A stretch of 50,921 nucleotides of DNA, the filler included, from Jimgerdemannia flammicorona (taxonomy: Eukaryota), in assembly GCA_003990765.1 (NCBI GenBank). It is 2 parts of 2 records of this genome, joined end to end, with 100 filler letters (N's around TTAATTAATTAA, not from the genome) between each part and the next. Parts side by side here need not be neighbours in the genome. Positions count along the whole stretch, not along the records: positions 25,513 to 50,921 come from RBNJ01000837.1; 1 more part is not named here. One strand, 5' to 3'. The notes below the pieces were generated by a model. It did no database searches and was not told the DNA's origin. It saw nothing but the letters and a program-made list of their open reading frames with translations. How positions within the stretch are numbered: position 1 is the first letter of the stretch; every line of letters starts with the position of its first letter. The position numbers and the translations under genes are program-made. Of the stretch, positions 47,705 to 50,921 are shown piece by piece.

Positions 47705-49208
47705 TCAATCCTCGCGATCTTTCAAGCGATACTTGCTTCCGATAAATAATGACACGGCAGGGTACACATTCTTCGGGAGATTTGTCCAGGCTGTCCCGTA
47801 ATTGGTTGCATTAATGGAAAGAGAACCGGTACGATCATTACGGTTGAAATGCAATGTAATGACATCTCCATTTTCAACACGTCTGCCGTAGTCCTGAGGA
47901 TTTGATAGATTCCATGTTCGTTGAGACCCGCCGCCAGAGTTGAAAGCCCATGCATATGGCCGGTTTGCCATGTTACAATTAAACATGAGGAACCCCTCAC
48001 TAACGAATCCAATCTGGCAGTTGCCTTTTGGTCCCATGTCTTCAACGATAATGTCCCATTCACATAAATCATTGTCAGATGTTGTCCCAGAGATGGAAAC
48101 CCGCGCTGTCTCCATCGAATGCGCCGTTGGAAGCTCCACGGCCTGACCGTCTTCCGAAATGACCACGTGAGGACCAACTTTCGATCGATCCCACTGAAGA
48201 CTGGGATTAGGACGCCGCTTTCCACGATATGCGGATGGATGTCCCGTACGGCAAATGGTATTCCTGAAAGCGCGGTCGAAGAGGGGAGACATTTCGGCTA
48301 AGGAATCGACTGCCTCAGTAAGGCTCTTGAGTCGATGCGGACAGACGAGTGTGAAGTCCAAGTGGCTCATCAATTTGAGCAGAAAGGTGCGTGATGCGCC
48401 ATCTCCCAGTTGGACTGTGGTGCCGCACCCTTCCACCATATCATTGATGTCATGTAGAATGGCATGGCGCACCGAAGTTGATGGTGCATTCTCATTGCGT
48501 GCCCAGACCCAGTCAATAATACACAGCATCAGGTCATGCTCGGGTGTAGAAATGGTCGCCGCCTCAGTGAGGAGCAACTCTAGGGCCTCTTGGGAGAGAT
48601 CGGTCAGCTCGCGGATGGCAAATCTTATGAGAGCGGAAGGGGTTTAGGAGCACATCGTAAAGGTCCTTGCTGGCTTCATTCCTTGGGATGTCCGTTACAG
48701 CTTCATTGAGCAGCGATGACGCAACACCAAAATCTGCGAGGTCGTGGGCACTCTCCAACACCATTTCCACGAGTTTCGGGAGAAGGAGATAGCCTGCTGC
48801 GCGGTATATTCGTACCACAATAGATATGTCGATAGTGTTGTCGATGGTTTCAGTGTAAATGAAGCCGAGGATGATGTTTAGCACTGTGGAGGTGATGTCG
48901 TTGAGGACGACGCGTGGAGAGGAACCTTCTCGCATATTTCCGTACAGCATCGCCTTGAAGACTAGGCACCTTTGAGAATATCATTCAAAGTCAGGTTTGA
49001 GGAAAGCTATATATGAAAATGACTGAAACATTATGCTGGACAAGAATCAAAATCGGACAAACCTTGCAGCCAGCACAGCACGACATGCACCTAGCTCGAC
49101 ACCATCAGCACAGACAATGGTCACATCGTGATAGGTTGAGTCTTTCCAGATAGAGGCGATGTCCTCTTTGAGACTAATACCACTGTCGGATTGCGCGATC
49201 TTGTTCAT
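47705..49208 (-). pseudogene. BTB/POZ-BACK-SPRY(B30.2-like) protein gene; exons 49208-49063 and 48969-47705; frameshift near 48625
   Basis: Exon 1 YHDVTIVCADGVELGACRAVLAAR splices through a GT..AG intron (49062-48970) to CLVFKAMLYGNMRE...ILGFIYT (BTB). C-terminal EWDIIVE...IGFV...GDVITLHFN...VYPAVSL is SPRY-like. Confidence 0.85.
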
Positions 49209-50456
49209 AGCGGCAAATTGTGAAAAACAGTGGCGCAGTGCGTGACGGTCAAAAATTCCTCTTCTTTTCCAGTAATAGCATTATATCTTTCTTGAACTGT
49301 GGAAGGTGTGCCTTTTGTAGTCCGCTCTTATGGTGGCTTAGTCGTCATACATGCATGCTGACTTCCACACATCCGTTTGAAAGACGTATTGGGAAATTCC
49401 ATTACATATAAGATTGGAGAGTAAGAGACATGTTCACCAGGGGACTTGAACATTATGTTCTCATGAGTAAACTAAAACAGAAGGAGCGATATAGCGAATA
49501 AGAGTATTGTAAGTTTATTAATTTATTATTTCTATCACACAATGAGGACTACAACCTTGTTTCGACTCGGAAGCGAAAAAAAATTACGAAATTGATATTC
49601 CCGTGCTGACACTTGAAAAAGCACGACGAAGAGATCAACCCGAATAGCGCTGCCCAATTTCATGGCTCAATGGTTTTGGCGTGTGAGAGTTTAAATTTAG
49701 GATTTCGCGCAGGTGAGGTCAAGATGCCTGATGGGCCCCTAAGGTGACTTCATCAGTCACACCGATGTCGCTAGATAATTAGATATTTGTTCATCATAAA
49801 TATTTATTCTCTCATGCTGTGTACACGCACGCCGCTACCGCGCACGTAATTGCCTTGAATCTGAGGACTGTTTTCATCCGCCCATGTTACCTCGCCCTTG
49901 GTGATCACACCGAGGAATCCAGGATTGACGAGGCGGCAAAGGCGCTGAAGTCTGTCCCAGACTTATCGACGTATTGGTATTTGCCGCTTTTAGGCTTGGC
50001 TCGCTTTATTTGTGTAACAATGAAAAAGAAAAACGCGTGTCCATTGCTAGTAACATTTTATAATGTCAAGGAAGATTGGAGGGCCTGCGAGCGGAGTCGT
50101 TGTATTACTATATTTTGGGCGGGGAGTATGGGAATGGAACAAAGAATGTGTGGATGGCTTGAATGGTTAGTATGTCGTGTGTGATGCACCAACCGTGGAT
50201 CACGTTACCTGCTAGGCCAAACACGTCGCGCCAAAATCCCCGATCGTCGTCCTCTTAAAAAATAAAATAAAATAGAAAATAAAAAATAAATAAATAAATA
50301 AAAGAAAAGGAAAGGAAAGGAAAATGCGAGCACGGTCGCATCGTTCTTCCCTTCAAATATTACACCTCAAGCACAGACAATGGAGGGGCGCATATTCATA
50401 GCTTGTGGCTTATGGACATGATGTCATCATTATTGTTAAGAGAAAAGGTAAAGCAA

Positions 50457-50488
50457 CCGACCGACCGACCGACCGACCGACCGACCGA
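50457..50488. repeat. (CCGA)8 microsatellite just upstream of the putative ATG
   Basis: Read directly from the sequence. Confidence 0.95.
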
Positions 50489-50494
50489 GGCACA

Positions 50495-50797
50495 ATGTCA
50501 ACGGAAACAGCGCAACACACAATCCTCCCCAAAGACTTTAAACACACACATCCGTCCAGTCCCGACAGAGATTCCGCTCCACACAAACCGACCATTCCAC
50601 AAACTCACTGCAACGCAACGGCCGCACGGGCCGCTAACTGCTGGGACGACCTCCGCGACTCCGAGACCGTCCACAAGGTGGCCTGCGCCTTCAACGACGC
50701 CCATTTCGTACCTGTCGACGGACTTGAAGAATGGTACTTCCACAAATACCGCCGGGCGTTGGGAGAGTTCGGGGGTGAGGATTATGAGAATGGGTTG
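50495..50797 (+). CDS. Probable first exon of a host gene, product unknown
   Basis: ATG in ACAATG context and 101 codons with GC3-rich usage. Candidate donor GTAGGT at 50798 followed by AT/pyrimidine-rich intron-like sequence; if unspliced, the frame stops at 50857. Confidence 0.5.
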
Positions 50798-50921
50798 GTA
50801 GGTGTCGACGAATATTGGCATTGGATGGGATGGATATATTTAATATCAAAGTTTTGACTTACCCCCTCATTTCAACCCCCTCTACGTCTCATTGTTATAT
50901 TATTATTCTTCCCCCCCCCCC

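Noticed and set aside
49819..50184. 121-aa ORF between the two host genes
   Set aside because: Non-ATG start, no recognisable motif, and located in the divergent promoter region.

Overview
Eukaryotic DNA, most likely from an early-diverging fungus (inferred from chromovirus/Ty3 elements, L1/Tx1-like LINEs and an intron-containing BTB-BACK-SPRY gene of the type expanded in Mucoromycota). About 1-47.5 kb is a nest of retroelements: two complete Ty3/Gypsy proviruses with TSDs (12836-18857 and 34858-46952), several older Ty3/Gypsy fragments, solo LTRs, two LINEs and a retroposed 1.2-kb insert. All are CpG-depleted and damaged by C>T/G>A changes. From about 47.7 kb the DNA is ordinary CpG-rich host sequence with two divergent genes. 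25413-25512 is an artificial contig linker, so the two halves may not be adjacent. The main observation is one unnamed accessory protein family that appears five times in three LTR-retrotransposon families. It lies inside ~2.1-kb LTRs (including a TSD-flanked solo LTR with a nearly intact 365-codon gene) or in the env-like slot after integrase. Three elements also carry dUTPases at two different polyprotein positions, and one lineage has extra zinc-binding and F-box-like modules in Pol. All homologies were judged by eye; no searches were run.
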